Assembly: GCA_965237995.1 (NCBI GenBank)
Contig: CBDEGO010000003.1
Span: forward strand, 192,511-256,510
Reading direction: 5' to 3'
Source of the DNA: Candidatus Poriferihabitaceae bacterium
GTDB lineage: Bacteria; Pseudomonadota; Gammaproteobacteria; Arenicellales; Poriferihabitantaceae
DNA length: 64,000 bases
Below the pieces are notes generated by a model. It saw only the letters and a program-made list of their open reading frames with translations. It was not told where the DNA came from and made no database searches. This document shows, piece after piece, positions 50,849 to 60,772 of this stretch. Numbering within the stretch: the stretch's first letter is position 1; each line of letters opens with the position of its first letter. The position numbers and the translations under genes were made by a program.

Positions 50849-51709
50849 TTATTCCTCATTACGCATCATGATCGTGTAAAAAGCCCAGCAAATAACCAGC
50901 ACCACCAAGAAATAAATCAAAGACATGGCCGCAGCCGGACCTAAGTCAAACTGCCCTAAGGCAATTTTAACGAGATCAATTGAAAGGAATGTAGTGGTAT
51001 TACCCGGACCGCCGCCCGTCAGCACAAATGGTTCTGTGTAAATCATAAAGCTATCCATAAACCGGAGCAGCACCGCAATAGTCAGCACTCTTTTCATTTT
51101 TGGTAGCTGAATATACCGAAAGACTGACCAATCGCTTGCGCCGTCAATGCGAGCTGCTTGGTAGTATGCGTCAGGGATCGAGCACAGGCCCGCGTAACAA
51201 AGTAAGACGATTAATGAAGTCCAATGCCAAACATCCATCAACACCGTTGTCATCCACGCAGCGACTGGTTGCTGAGTAAAATTGTAATCAAACCCCATTG
51301 AATTCAAGGTGTAACCTAACAAGCCTATGTCGGGTAAGGCAAAGATGTTCCACATCGCCCCGACGACATTCCACGGAATTAACAATGGCAGTGCCATTAA
51401 TACTAAACAAACAGAAACCCAAGGCCCTTTACGTGGCATCGTCAGTGCTACTGCGATACCTAAGGGCACCTCGATAATCAAGATCATGCCAGTGAATAAT
51501 AACTGTCGCTTAAGTGACTCGTGAAAGCGCTCAGAGCGCAGTACCTGTTCAAACCAAGTTGTACCTTCCCAGAAGAAAATATTGTCTCCAAAGGTTTCTT
51601 GCAGAGAGTAGTTAACGACGGTCATTAGCGGTATAAACGCGTTAAAAGCAACCAGTATTAGAACCGGCGTTATCAACCACCATGCCTTTTGATTCGTTAC
51701 TTTATTCAT
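50849..51709 (-). CDS. Carbohydrate/glycerol ABC transporter permease
   Basis: The start is trimmed to MNKVTNQKAWW, which overlaps the ATPase stop (ATGAATAA). The EAA loop is MalF/UgpA-type (YYQAARIDGASDWSVFRYI). Confidence 0.85.
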   Translation of the reverse strand: MNKVTNQKAWWLITPVLILVAFNAFIPLMTVVNYSLQETFGDNIFFWEGTTWFEQVLRSERFHESLKRQLLFTGMILIIEVPLGIAVALTMPRKGPWVSVCLVLMALPLLIPWNVVGAMWNIFALPDIGLLGYTLNSMGFDYNFTQQPVAAWMTTVLMDVWHWTSLIVLLCYAGLCSIPDAYYQAARIDGASDWSVFRYIQLPKMKRVLTIAVLLRFMDSFMIYTEPFVLTGGGPGNTTTFLSIDLVKIALGQFDLGPAAAMSLIYFLVVLVICWAFYTIMMRNEE

Positions 51710-52775
51710 ACTCAGCCCCTTCCACCAGCCAATCGTCACAATAAATCCTTGTATGTTCAGGCTTAAACCGAATACGCGGGTTTTCGGATGGAATCACTTG
51801 GTCTTCGCTTACCACCATTTTTATCTGACTCACTTCGTGCCGAACTGACACCACTTGGTAACGCCCTAAGTCTTCTACTTTCTCTATTTCGACTGAAAAC
51901 CCATCATTACTAAATTCAACAAATTCAGGTCGAATTCCGATTTCAAGCTTTCCATTCACAGCGCTGACTGGTTGACATTCAATAAGATTGTTATGAAACC
52001 TGACCTGCCCAGACTCAATATTACAAGGTAGAACATTCATTCCTGGCGAACCAATAAAATAACCGACAAATGTATGCTTCGGCTTGTTGAACAATTCAAC
52101 CGGTGTACCCACTTGAACAATGCCGCCGTCGTGCATAACCACCACTTTATTCGCGAAAGTTAACGCTTCCACCTGATCATGGGTAACGTAAATCATCGAA
52201 ACCCCAGTTTGCTGATGCAGCTCTTTCAATTTAGACCGAAGTTGCCATTTTAAATGAGGGTCAATGACGGTTAGTGGTTCGTCAAACAATATTGCGTTCA
52301 CATCGTCTCGTACCAGCCCACGCCCTAAAGATATTTTCTGTTTACCATCAGCAGTTAGACCTGATGCCCGCTGGTCCAGTCGTTGCCCTAAGTCGAGCAT
52401 CTTTGCTATGCGTAAAACCCGCTGTTTAACTAAGTCTTCTTTAAGCCCTCTATTTCGTAGTGGAAAAGCCAAATTATCAAATACGGTCATCGTGTCGTAT
52501 ACAACCGGAAATTGAAATACTTGCGCAATTTGCCGCTCTGAAGTCGGCAAAGAAGTGACATCTATGTCATTAAAAAACACGCTACCTTCAGACGGGGTTA
52601 ACAAACCTGAAATTGTGTTCAATAAAGTGGTTTTACCACACCCTGATGGCCCTAACAGCGCATAGGCATCACCGTTTTCCCAAATCTGATTGACCTCTTT
52701 AAGCGCATAGGTAATCTCTTTACCTAGAGGCTGAGGATAGGCATGCCGGAGATTTTTGAATTCTATACGGGCCAT
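51702..52775 (-). CDS. ABC transporter ATP-binding protein (MalK/UgpC-type)
   Basis: Walker A is GPSGCGKTT and Walker B is LFDEP. The signature is degenerate (DGKQKISLGR). A C-terminal TOBE-like domain is present. Confidence 0.88.
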   Translation of the reverse strand: MARIEFKNLRHAYPQPLGKEITYALKEVNQIWENGDAYALLGPSGCGKTTLLNTISGLLTPSEGSVFFNDIDVTSLPTSERQIAQVFQFPVVYDTMTVFDNLAFPLRNRGLKEDLVKQRVLRIAKMLDLGQRLDQRASGLTADGKQKISLGRGLVRDDVNAILFDEPLTVIDPHLKWQLRSKLKELHQQTGVSMIYVTHDQVEALTFANKVVVMHDGGIVQVGTPVELFNKPKHTFVGYFIGSPGMNVLPCNIESGQVRFHNNLIECQPVSAVNGKLEIGIRPEFVEFSNDGFSVEIEKVEDLGRYQVVSVRHEVSQIKMVVSEDQVIPSENPRIRFKPEHTRIYCDDWLVEGAEYE

Positions 52776-52796
52776 ATCAATGCCGATGGATGCTGA

Positions 52797-53855
52797 CTAT
52801 GTTTCAATTTTATTACCTACTCTATCAAAATACAGACAGCGGTCAGGTTCAAAGAAAAACGAACTTAATTGCTCATACTCATAACGGTATATCCCGCGCG
52901 ACTCACTCACCCAATTATTGCCTTCAATATTGACGCGGGCAATACTTTCTGACCCACTGATTTCTGCAATCTGCACAATACCTTTCACTTCGACACCGTC
53001 TCCTTCAGGCAACAGGTGATGCGGACGTAGGCCAATTTGGTATTCACCGTCAGGCAAATTGGCTAGCTTAACGGGAAGCTCCCAACTTACCAAATCGCTT
53101 AGATAAGCTAAGCTGTCTCGCTTTACCATTGGAGCCACATTAATAGGTGGGTCGGAGAACACTTGGGCGCTCATCAAACTGTCTGGGTTTCTGTAGGTTT
53201 CCGAGGTCTGTCCAAACTGCACAACCCGGCCCTCACTCAGCGTGGCCGTATGCCCCCCTAACATCAAAGCCTCTAAAGGTTCGCTGGTGGCATATACGAC
53301 CGTTGCCCCTGAATCAGCAAATAGTTTTGGTAAGTCATCGCGCAACTCTTCGCGTAGCTTATAATCTAAATTGGCTAATGGTTCATCGAGTAAAACTAAA
53401 TCAGCCCCTTTTACCAATGCCCGCGCCAACGCGATGCGTTGCTGTTGTCCACCCGATAATTCGCTAGGTAAGCGCTCTAACATCGGTGTTAGCTTCAGCA
53501 TGTCTGCAAATGCGTGTACTTTGTCTGCGATTTCAGCGTTCGGCAAGCCAGCCACTTTCAGTGGCGAAGCAATGTTATCGAACACCGAGAAACTAGGGTA
53601 ATTAATGAAAGCTTGGTACACCATCGCAACACTGCGTTTTTGAACCGGCACTCCGGTCACATTCAAGCCATTACTCCAAAGCTCGCCGCTTGTTGGTTTT
53701 TCAAGCCCAGCCATCAACCGCATCAACGATGTTTTGCCACTCAAGGTTGTACCTAGCAAAATATTAAACCCACCAGACTCGAGCGAAAGGCTGGTTTCAT
53801 AAATATATGTTTGCGCCGCTACACGCAAAGAAACATTTCGCAGCTCGATCCCCAT
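52797..53855 (-). CDS. ABC transporter ATP-binding protein (MalK/UgpC-type)
   Basis: The start is trimmed to MGIELRNVS. Walker A is atypical (GTTLSGKTS), the signature is [13 protein letters not shown] and Walker B is LLDEP. Confidence 0.85.
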   Translation of the reverse strand: MGIELRNVSLRVAAQTYIYETSLSLESGGFNILLGTTLSGKTSLMRLMAGLEKPTSGELWSNGLNVTGVPVQKRSVAMVYQAFINYPSFSVFDNIASPLKVAGLPNAEIADKVHAFADMLKLTPMLERLPSELSGGQQQRIALARALVKGADLVLLDEPLANLDYKLREELRDDLPKLFADSGATVVYATSEPLEALMLGGHTATLSEGRVVQFGQTSETYRNPDSLMSAQVFSDPPINVAPMVKRDSLAYLSDLVSWELPVKLANLPDGEYQIGLRPHHLLPEGDGVEVKGIVQIAEISGSESIARVNIEGNNWVSESRGIYRYEYEQLSSFFFEPDRCLYFDRVGNKIET

Positions 53856-53859
53856 TGGT

Positions 53860-54657
53860 TTACGCGGACAACCCAACAATAGCAGGCGCCACGCTGGCAA
53901 TTTCTAATTGGACGTTATACTGCTCACACAATTGAACAGCTTCCGCGGAAACACCTTCATCCGTCACCAATATGTCAACTTGCGATAGATCTCCAATTTT
54001 AATTGAGGCACGTCGTTCAAACTTCATTGAGTCAGTGACTAAAATCACCGACCGCGCCCGCCTGATGATAGCTTGAGCAACGCGCACTTCGCGCAAATCG
54101 TAATCAAAAAACTCGCCATTAGCATCAATAGCCGAGCAACCAATAATGGCATAATCCACTTTAAACATATCGATGAACTCTTCGGTGTTAGGCCCAACGA
54201 TACCACCGTCTGATGACCTAATTGAACCGCCAGCAATCATGACGTCAATGCCTTGAACTGGCCATAAAGTCGTCGCGACGTTTATATTGTTGGTGATCAC
54301 CAGCATGCCTTTGACCCCTGACAAATATTCAGCGACGCGCTCCGTTGTGGTTCCTATGTTGATAAATAACGAAGAATTGTCAGGTATTAATTCTGCTGCT
54401 CGCTTAGCGATTTCAGCTTTCTCTTCAACCATTAGCGTTTGCCGCGCTCCATAGCCAATATTTGCAAGCGTATCCTTGATTACCGCGCCACCATGAACGC
54501 GCTCTATCAAATTCAAATCGTACATCTGATTAAGATCCCGCCTGATCGTTTGAGGGGTAACCCTTAGATGAGTTGAAAGTTGATCAACCTGCACTGAACC
54601 ATGCTGGCGGATAAACCCCATTATCGATTGTTGTCTTGCTGTGATGTCGGGTGTCAT
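53860..54657 (-). CDS. glpR: DeoR-family glycerol-3-phosphate regulon repressor
   Basis: The N-terminal DeoR HTH is RQQSIMGFIRQHGSVQVDQLSTHLRVTPQTIRRDLN. A sugar-phosphate sensor domain follows. The gene is first in the glp operon. Confidence 0.85.
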   Translation of the reverse strand: MTPDITARQQSIMGFIRQHGSVQVDQLSTHLRVTPQTIRRDLNQMYDLNLIERVHGGAVIKDTLANIGYGARQTLMVEEKAEIAKRAAELIPDNSSLFINIGTTTERVAEYLSGVKGMLVITNNINVATTLWPVQGIDVMIAGGSIRSSDGGIVGPNTEEFIDMFKVDYAIIGCSAIDANGEFFDYDLREVRVAQAIIRRARSVILVTDSMKFERRASIKIGDLSQVDILVTDEGVSAEAVQLCEQYNVQLEIASVAPAIVGLSA

Positions 54658-54871
54658 AATTTAGTTCAGGCGTTTCGCTAGCCTAAAATGATTAGTTATT
54701 ATTTGATTTGACTAGGCAATACCCTATTGAAAGATGGCTGGCCTAGTACGCAATCGGCTTGTCGATTAAGCCAACATGAAACGCATAGCCATAGTCAGCT
54801 CAATACACTAAGTCAAATTTAAATGCATTGCCGTTGATTATGATTAGGTCGGTGTCGATCTATCAGAATTT

Positions 54872-54901
54872 GAAAAACTTAGCCCCGATTTCACACGGGG
54901 C
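54872..54901 (-). terminator. Rho-independent terminator of the binding-protein gene
   Basis: The minus-strand RNA reads GCCCCG-UGUGAAAU-CGGGGC followed by UAAGUUUUUC. Confidence 0.7.
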
Positions 54902-54938
54902 CAAATTTCACAACATCATATTAAGCCGGTTAGCTTAA

Positions 54939-56666
54939 CTAGCTTTTCCAGCGTTTAATTAGCTCCTCATACTGGATAGTTTCACCTTGAGGCTTTTCTT
55001 CAACTTTTGCTTTTGGTGAGCCCGGCTTATTTAGCCATTCAGCAGGGTCTGATTCAGGGTTCAATCGTGGGCCACAGCCACCATAGATGTTCGCTTTTTC
55101 ATCCGCGGCTTGCATACGAGACATCACTAAATCCATTTCGCTCGCGAGACGATCCATCGCTTCTTGCGGCGTAAAAGCACCCGAGTTCACATCACCAATT
55201 TGCTGCCACCAGATTTGCGCTAACTTTGGATAATCAGGCACATTCACCCCAGTTGGTGACCACATCACTCGATCTGGCGAACGATAAAACTCAACCAAAC
55301 CACCTAATTTAGGTGCGCGCTCTGTGAATGACTCATGATTAATAGTGGTGTCGCGAATGAATGTTAAACCAACGTGACTCTTCTTCACGTCAACCGTTTT
55401 AGAGACCACAAATTGCGCGTACAACCAAGCCGCTTTGCGGCGGTCAACAGGTGTCGACTTGAACAAAGTCCAAGAGCCTGCATCCTGATACCCGAGCTTC
55501 TGACCTTCTGTCCAGTAAGGACCATGAGGTGATGGTGCCATACGCCAAAGCGGTGCACCGTCGGCGTCAACTGTATTATTGCCTGAGTCAGCAGGGGCAA
55601 CCATCGATGCTGTAAATGCGGTGTACCAGAATATTTGTTGTGCTACATTACCTTGCGAAAGCGCAGGCAAAGACTGATAAAAGTCGTAGCTTGCTGCACC
55701 TGGAGGCGCGTATTTACGCAACCATTCATCCCATTTGCGAATCGCATAAACCGCCGCTGGGCCGTTAGCCGCACCGCCGCGTGAAACTGAAGCACCCGCA
55801 GGGTTACAACTGCCCTCTTCCATTCGAATGCCCCACTCGTCTACTGGAACACCATTTGGCAACCCTTTACTTCCTGCGCCAGCCATTGAAAGCCACGCAT
55901 CGGTCATACGCCAACCGAGGTCTGGCGCACGTTTACCGTAGTCCATGTGGCCGTATATATCTACGCCATCTATATTTTTAACATGCACGGAAAAGAATTC
56001 AGCAATGTCTTCGTAAGCTGACCAGTTAACCGGCACGCCTAAGTCATAGCCGTATATGCCTTTAAACTGCTCTTGAAAATCAGCCCGGTCAAACCAATCT
56101 TTCCGAAACCAGTATAAGTTTGCAAACTGCTGATCTGGTAATTGGTAAAGTTTACCGTCAGGCCCCGTTGTAAACGATGCGCCAACAAAGTCTGCTACAT
56201 CTAGCATTGGGTTGGTTACATCACTCCCTTCTCCGTCCATCCAATCGGACAGATTCACAGCAAGCTGCAGACGAGAATGCGTACCAATCAAATCAGAGTC
56301 ATTGATATAGGCATCGTATAAATTACGCTTAGTTTGCATTTGCGTTTGCACCGCCTGCACGACTTCACCTTCTCCCAGTAACTGGTGATTAACCTTAATT
56401 CCTGTAATCTCTTCAAACGCTTTGGCGAGCGTCTTAGATTCGTATTCGTGTGTAGGAATAGTTTCTGACAGTACATTGATTTCCATACCGTCAAAGGGCT
56501 TCGCAGCATCTATAAACCACTGCATTTCCTTCATTTGTTCCGCCTTTGAGAGCGCCGACGGTTGAAATTCATCGTTTACCCATTTCTGCGCATCAGCTAC
56601 ATCCGCATAGGAACTTTGAGTACACAGCGCCGCAAGCGCTGTTGCAACAGCGATTTTCTTAAACAT
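54939..56666 (-). CDS. Extracellular solute-binding protein of the glycerol ABC transporter (GlpV-like)
   Basis: The 575-aa protein has a signal peptide (MFKKIAVATALAALCTQSSYA). It is the large SBP type found with DUF2160 loci. Confidence 0.8.
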   Translation of the reverse strand: MFKKIAVATALAALCTQSSYADVADAQKWVNDEFQPSALSKAEQMKEMQWFIDAAKPFDGMEINVLSETIPTHEYESKTLAKAFEEITGIKVNHQLLGEGEVVQAVQTQMQTKRNLYDAYINDSDLIGTHSRLQLAVNLSDWMDGEGSDVTNPMLDVADFVGASFTTGPDGKLYQLPDQQFANLYWFRKDWFDRADFQEQFKGIYGYDLGVPVNWSAYEDIAEFFSVHVKNIDGVDIYGHMDYGKRAPDLGWRMTDAWLSMAGAGSKGLPNGVPVDEWGIRMEEGSCNPAGASVSRGGAANGPAAVYAIRKWDEWLRKYAPPGAASYDFYQSLPALSQGNVAQQIFWYTAFTASMVAPADSGNNTVDADGAPLWRMAPSPHGPYWTEGQKLGYQDAGSWTLFKSTPVDRRKAAWLYAQFVVSKTVDVKKSHVGLTFIRDTTINHESFTERAPKLGGLVEFYRSPDRVMWSPTGVNVPDYPKLAQIWWQQIGDVNSGAFTPQEAMDRLASEMDLVMSRMQAADEKANIYGGCGPRLNPESDPAEWLNKPGSPKAKVEEKPQGETIQYEELIKRWKS

Positions 56667-56729
56667 TAGATCTCCTCCTCAATATATAGTTATACCGCGC
56701 AAAAGTGCGCGATGTTTTCTAACTATATA

Positions 56730-56795
56730 TTCGTTTTGTTCGTAAATCAATATTGACCGTTCGTATTGGTCATTTTTAATGTTCGTTTATTCGCT
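56730..56795. promoter_or_regulatory. Array of GlpR-operator-like half sites upstream of the SBP gene
   Basis: The GTTCGT core recurs at 56738, 56759 and 56781, with spacings of 21 and 22 bp. Related TTCGTT and TTCGCT cores lie at 56730 and 56790. The E. coli glp operator half site is TGTTCG(A/T)T. Confidence 0.5.
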
Positions 56796-56862
56796 TATCG
56801 AGATTTAACACCCATTTAGCGATAGTCACATGTACAGCACAATCTCAAAATAGCACCCTAAA

Positions 56863-58056
56863 TTACGCACTATAAAATCCATCTTCAACGGACACATATT
56901 CTCGTGAGCTAAAGCCATTAAACTCAGTCGCTGTGGCTGATCCGTAAGCGCCTATTAATCCGAATTCTATGAAATCGCCTTCTCTCAGATCGTTAGGTAG
57001 CGATAGCTTATTCGGCAATCGATCGATAGGGTCGCAAGTCGGACCAAAAACAGTACGCTGTTCCACTGTTGTTACTTCAGATATAAAAGAGGTTATCAAC
57101 TTGCCATCTCGCCAAACTCGATAAGGCAAATCTAAGCGCACCATCATTTGCTCTTGTAAACCACCATATATGCCATCGTTGATGAATACATCTCCGTTTT
57201 CACGCACTCGAATCACTTGTGTTAACAGCGAGACACTAGTCCCAACCAACGCTCTTCCAGGCTCACACAATAAGCTAGGCGCATCATCACCAAAACAGTG
57301 ATCTACTGCCGCGTGAATAACCTGCATATAATCCTTTAATGAGCTGATCGGTGTGTTTTCATAAGGTAGCGGAAAACCACCCCCTACATTAAGATGGCGT
57401 AACTTAACCTCTGCCTCAGCAGCAATGTGCGCCGCTATTTTAATGTGCTCTTGGTACATTTTAGGGACGGTGCACTGCGAACCTGGATGAAAGGTCAGTG
57501 AACAAACCAGCCCTAGTTGTTTTGCCCGTTTTAGTAACTGAGTGGCTTGGGTAGTATCAGCGCCAAACTTGCTACCAAAGTCATAGGCGGCATCGAAATG
57601 ATCGAGCTTGAAACGAATGCTAACTTCAACTTCGCGCAAACCTAACGCGGCAACTTGCGCTAAACCAGCCTCATCATCAACTGCGAAAGATCGTACCCCG
57701 TATTCACGGGCTGCGAGTTCGGTCATTTCATCTGAACGAACTGGATTGTTATAATGGCAACACGCCCCCTCATAGCGATTCATTATAAGGGCAATTTCAC
57801 CAATGGAAGCGACGTCAAAAGTGTTGACCCCCGCATTCCATAAACAATCTAACAACATGGGTTCGGGATTCGCTTTTACGGCATAACTTAGTTCACCATT
57901 AAACGACTGCTGGAACTCATTGACTCGATTTGTAAGAACCCCATCACTGAATAAGTACAGCGGTTCACTGGCCTTAGCTAACCGCATAAGCTGCTTGGCG
58001 TCTGCATAACGATAGCGCGTCAGGTTTTCGTTTAACAGTTGAGACATCATATTCAT
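56863..58056 (-). CDS. Group IV (alanine-racemase-fold) PLP decarboxylase, ornithine/lysine/DAP decarboxylase-like
   Basis: The PLP-lysine motif is YAVKANP. GGGFP and CEPGRALV motifs are also present. The protein is 397 aa. Confidence 0.8.
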   Translation of the reverse strand: MNMMSQLLNENLTRYRYADAKQLMRLAKASEPLYLFSDGVLTNRVNEFQQSFNGELSYAVKANPEPMLLDCLWNAGVNTFDVASIGEIALIMNRYEGACCHYNNPVRSDEMTELAAREYGVRSFAVDDEAGLAQVAALGLREVEVSIRFKLDHFDAAYDFGSKFGADTTQATQLLKRAKQLGLVCSLTFHPGSQCTVPKMYQEHIKIAAHIAAEAEVKLRHLNVGGGFPLPYENTPISSLKDYMQVIHAAVDHCFGDDAPSLLCEPGRALVGTSVSLLTQVIRVRENGDVFINDGIYGGLQEQMMVRLDLPYRVWRDGKLITSFISEVTTVEQRTVFGPTCDPIDRLPNKLSLPNDLREGDFIEFGLIGAYGSATATEFNGFSSREYVSVEDGFYSA

Positions 58057-58197
58057 AAAATTAACTCACTAAGGCGTTACGATAGGTAATTATTATCGGC
58101 GCACTTAACTTCGCAAAATAGCTACGTAAGAGTATTTATTAACTTTTTTATTAGACATTTTGATCAAAAATGTAGTTAATTCGACTATATTTAACTC

Positions 58198-58635
58198 ATG
58201 AGAGCAATAAACCCCAAAGATGAACAATTACTAGAAATACTCAAGACGAATGCCCGATTGTCGATTAGCGAACTGGCCCGGCAGCTAGGTGTTTCTAGGA
58301 CAACCGCCCAACAGCGTCTTCAGCGATTAGAGCGCACAGGCGTCATCACTGGCTACGCTTTGAAATTAGGTGAACCCTATTTAGATAACGCTATTCACGC
58401 GCATGTGAATTTGGTCGTTGAGCCTCGCCAAAGTGTTGACATTATTGCCGCACTTGAGACTAATACCAGTATTGAAACGCTTTATACCGTCAGCGGAAAA
58501 ATTGACTTAATCGCGATTGTGACTGCCCCTAGCGCAAGCGCCTTAGATTCAACGCTAGATGAAATAGGTTTACTTAAAGGCGTAAAATCAACTGAAACAG
58601 CGATAATATTATCTACCAAAATTGATCGGCGCTGA
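58198..58635 (+). CDS. Lrp/AsnC-family transcriptional regulator
   Basis: The HTH is LEILKTNARLSISELARQLGVSRTTAQQRLQRLERTGVI. A RAM domain follows. Confidence 0.9.
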   Translation: MRAINPKDEQLLEILKTNARLSISELARQLGVSRTTAQQRLQRLERTGVITGYALKLGEPYLDNAIHAHVNLVVEPRQSVDIIAALETNTSIETLYTVSGKIDLIAIVTAPSASALDSTLDEIGLLKGVKSTETAIILSTKIDRR

Positions 58636-58661
58636 AAAATAAAACCCCAAGGCTCAACCAC

Positions 58662-59000
58662 ATGAAAGAAATAAGCTGGAACGAATTTGCCCAAGTCGAA
58701 CTACGTGTAGGAACAGTGATAGAAGCTCTACCCTTTCCAGAGGCGCGCAAGCCTGCTTTTATATTGCATGTCGACTTTGGTAAAGATATTGGAATACGTA
58801 AGTCCAGCGCCCAAATTACAGACCACTATAGCCCTGACACGCTTATTGGTAAACAAGTTGTAGCCGTCGTTAATTTTCCGCCAAAACAAATTGGCCCCAT
58901 ACAATCGCAATGTTTGGTCACAGGGTTTCACCAAGAAAATGGTAAAGTAGTGCTTGCTGTACCTGAGCAAGGCGTTCCAAATGGAGCAAAATTAGCCTAA
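58662..59000 (+). CDS. tRNA-binding (EMAP/OB) domain protein, CsaA/YgjH-like
   Basis: The FAQVELRVGTVIEA...VVAVVNFPPKQIGP pattern is characteristic of CsaA. Confidence 0.8.
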   Translation: MKEISWNEFAQVELRVGTVIEALPFPEARKPAFILHVDFGKDIGIRKSSAQITDHYSPDTLIGKQVVAVVNFPPKQIGPIQSQCLVTGFHQENGKVVLAVPEQGVPNGAKLA

Positions 59001-59033
59001 GTTGATAACCCACACTTTTAACCAAAACAAATC

Positions 59034-59828
59034 ATGACCATTGATTGTTACCAAATTGACGCCTTCACCAACCAATTATTTAAGGGTAACCCTGCCGCAG
59101 TGTGTATTCTTGACGAATGGTTAGACGATGCGGTGATGCAGAATATAGCTGCTGAAAACAATTTAGCGGAAACCGCTTTCATAGTACAAACTGGCAAGGA
59201 ATACGACTTACGCTGGTTTACTCCCGAAGTAGAAATAGATTTATGTGGCCATGCAACACTTGCTAGTGCGTTCGTCGTGTTTAATTATTTAGGCTGGGAT
59301 GCAGATCACGTACAGTTTAACTCTATGAGCGGGCCTTTAGTGGTGGAGCTGTTAGTCGATGGCAGTTTACAGATGGACTTCCCCGCACGCGCACCCACTG
59401 TAGTGAATAACTCAGCCCTCGAAGGAGTTTTAGAACGAGCATTAAACCATCAGCCTACCCATATTTTAGGTGCTAGAGATTTGATGTTAGTTTTTGATAA
59501 CGAAGCGCAAATTTCGCAGCTCACTCCCGACCTAAATGCTTTAAGTGAAATAACCGATTATTTTGCGATCATCGTAACCGCCTCAGGAGATCACTGTGAT
59601 TTCGTTTCGCGGTTCTTTGCCCCCAACGCAGGCATTCCTGAAGACCCTGTCACCGGTTCAGCGCACTGCACCTTAGTGCCGTATTGGGCAGAACGCTTGA
59701 ATAAACCCGAATTAATCGCTCGGCAGTTGTCGCCGCGCGGCGGAGAGTTAAGCTGCACCCTAAACGAAGATCGCGTAAAAATGAGTGGCCAAGCAAAGCT
59801 ATTCCTTAAAGGTGAAATATTTTTATAG
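59034..59828 (+). CDS. PhzF-family isomerase/epimerase-like protein
   Basis: The protein begins YQIDAFTNQLFKGNPAAV and contains AETAFI, RWFTPEVEIDLCGHATLA and DPVTGSAHC. Confidence 0.85.
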   Translation: MTIDCYQIDAFTNQLFKGNPAAVCILDEWLDDAVMQNIAAENNLAETAFIVQTGKEYDLRWFTPEVEIDLCGHATLASAFVVFNYLGWDADHVQFNSMSGPLVVELLVDGSLQMDFPARAPTVVNNSALEGVLERALNHQPTHILGARDLMLVFDNEAQISQLTPDLNALSEITDYFAIIVTASGDHCDFVSRFFAPNAGIPEDPVTGSAHCTLVPYWAERLNKPELIARQLSPRGGELSCTLNEDRVKMSGQAKLFLKGEIFL

Positions 59829-59853
59829 GGGATCCCCCAATTGCAATAGTATT

Positions 59854-60768
59854 ATGAGTAAAAGACAAAGCACGCACGATGCAGAACAAGATGATCGAAA
59901 TGATCATATAAAAATTTATGTGAACGGCAATATCGTACCACGCCAAGAAGCGGTGGTGTCAGTATACGACAGCGGCTTTATGTTAGGCGATGGCGTTTGG
60001 GAAGGCTTACGGTTATATCACGGCAAATTATCATTTTTAGATGAGCATATCCGCCGGCTTTACGACGCCGCCAAAACCTTAGACATGGATATTGGTTTAA
60101 GCAAAACGCAACTCATTCAAGCAGTGCAAGACACCTTGCAGGCTAACGACATGCACCATGACGTTCATGTGCGGTTGATGGTAACTCGGGGAGTCAAACG
60201 AAAGCCCTTCCAAGACCCACGACTAAGCCAAGATGGCCCCACCATCGTCATCATCGCTGAACACAGTAAAGTATCAGAGCAATTTGAAGATCAAGTCTTA
60301 CGTTTGCACACCGTGCCTTTTTACCGCGGCTTACCGATGACTCAGGATGCAAAACTCAATACGCATTCAAAGCTCAATTGCATTATCGCACTTAATCATG
60401 CGCTTAAAGTCGGCGCTGACGAAGCCTTAATGCTCGACCCCTATGGATTTGTAAATACCACCAACTCCACCAATTTTTTTATCGTACGTGACGGGGAAGT
60501 ATGGACATCCAGTGGAGATTATTGCATGGCAGGCATTACTCGCAAAAAGGTTATCCAACTTTGTCGAGAAAACGATATTCCTGCATATGAAAAAAACTAC
60601 TCGCTTACCGATGCCTATACCGCTGACGAAGCCTTTGTGACTGGCACTTTTGGAGCGCAAACTTGGGTCAAGGAAATAGATGGCCACACTATTGGTGAAG
60701 GAACAGCGGGCCCCATGTTTCGCAAATTAAGAACACTCTACAAAGAACTGGTTGGGGCGACCCAATAA
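59854..60768 (+). CDS. Class IV (fold type IV) aminotransferase, BCAT/D-amino-acid aminotransferase-like
   Basis: The start is trimmed to the ATG at 59854. Motifs include VSVYDSGFMLGDGVWEGLR and the catalytic Lys region (NTHSKLNCII). Confidence 0.8.
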   Translation: MSKRQSTHDAEQDDRNDHIKIYVNGNIVPRQEAVVSVYDSGFMLGDGVWEGLRLYHGKLSFLDEHIRRLYDAAKTLDMDIGLSKTQLIQAVQDTLQANDMHHDVHVRLMVTRGVKRKPFQDPRLSQDGPTIVIIAEHSKVSEQFEDQVLRLHTVPFYRGLPMTQDAKLNTHSKLNCIIALNHALKVGADEALMLDPYGFVNTTNSTNFFIVRDGEVWTSSGDYCMAGITRKKVIQLCRENDIPAYEKNYSLTDAYTADEAFVTGTFGAQTWVKEIDGHTIGEGTAGPMFRKLRTLYKELVGATQ

Positions 60769-60772
60769 CAAA

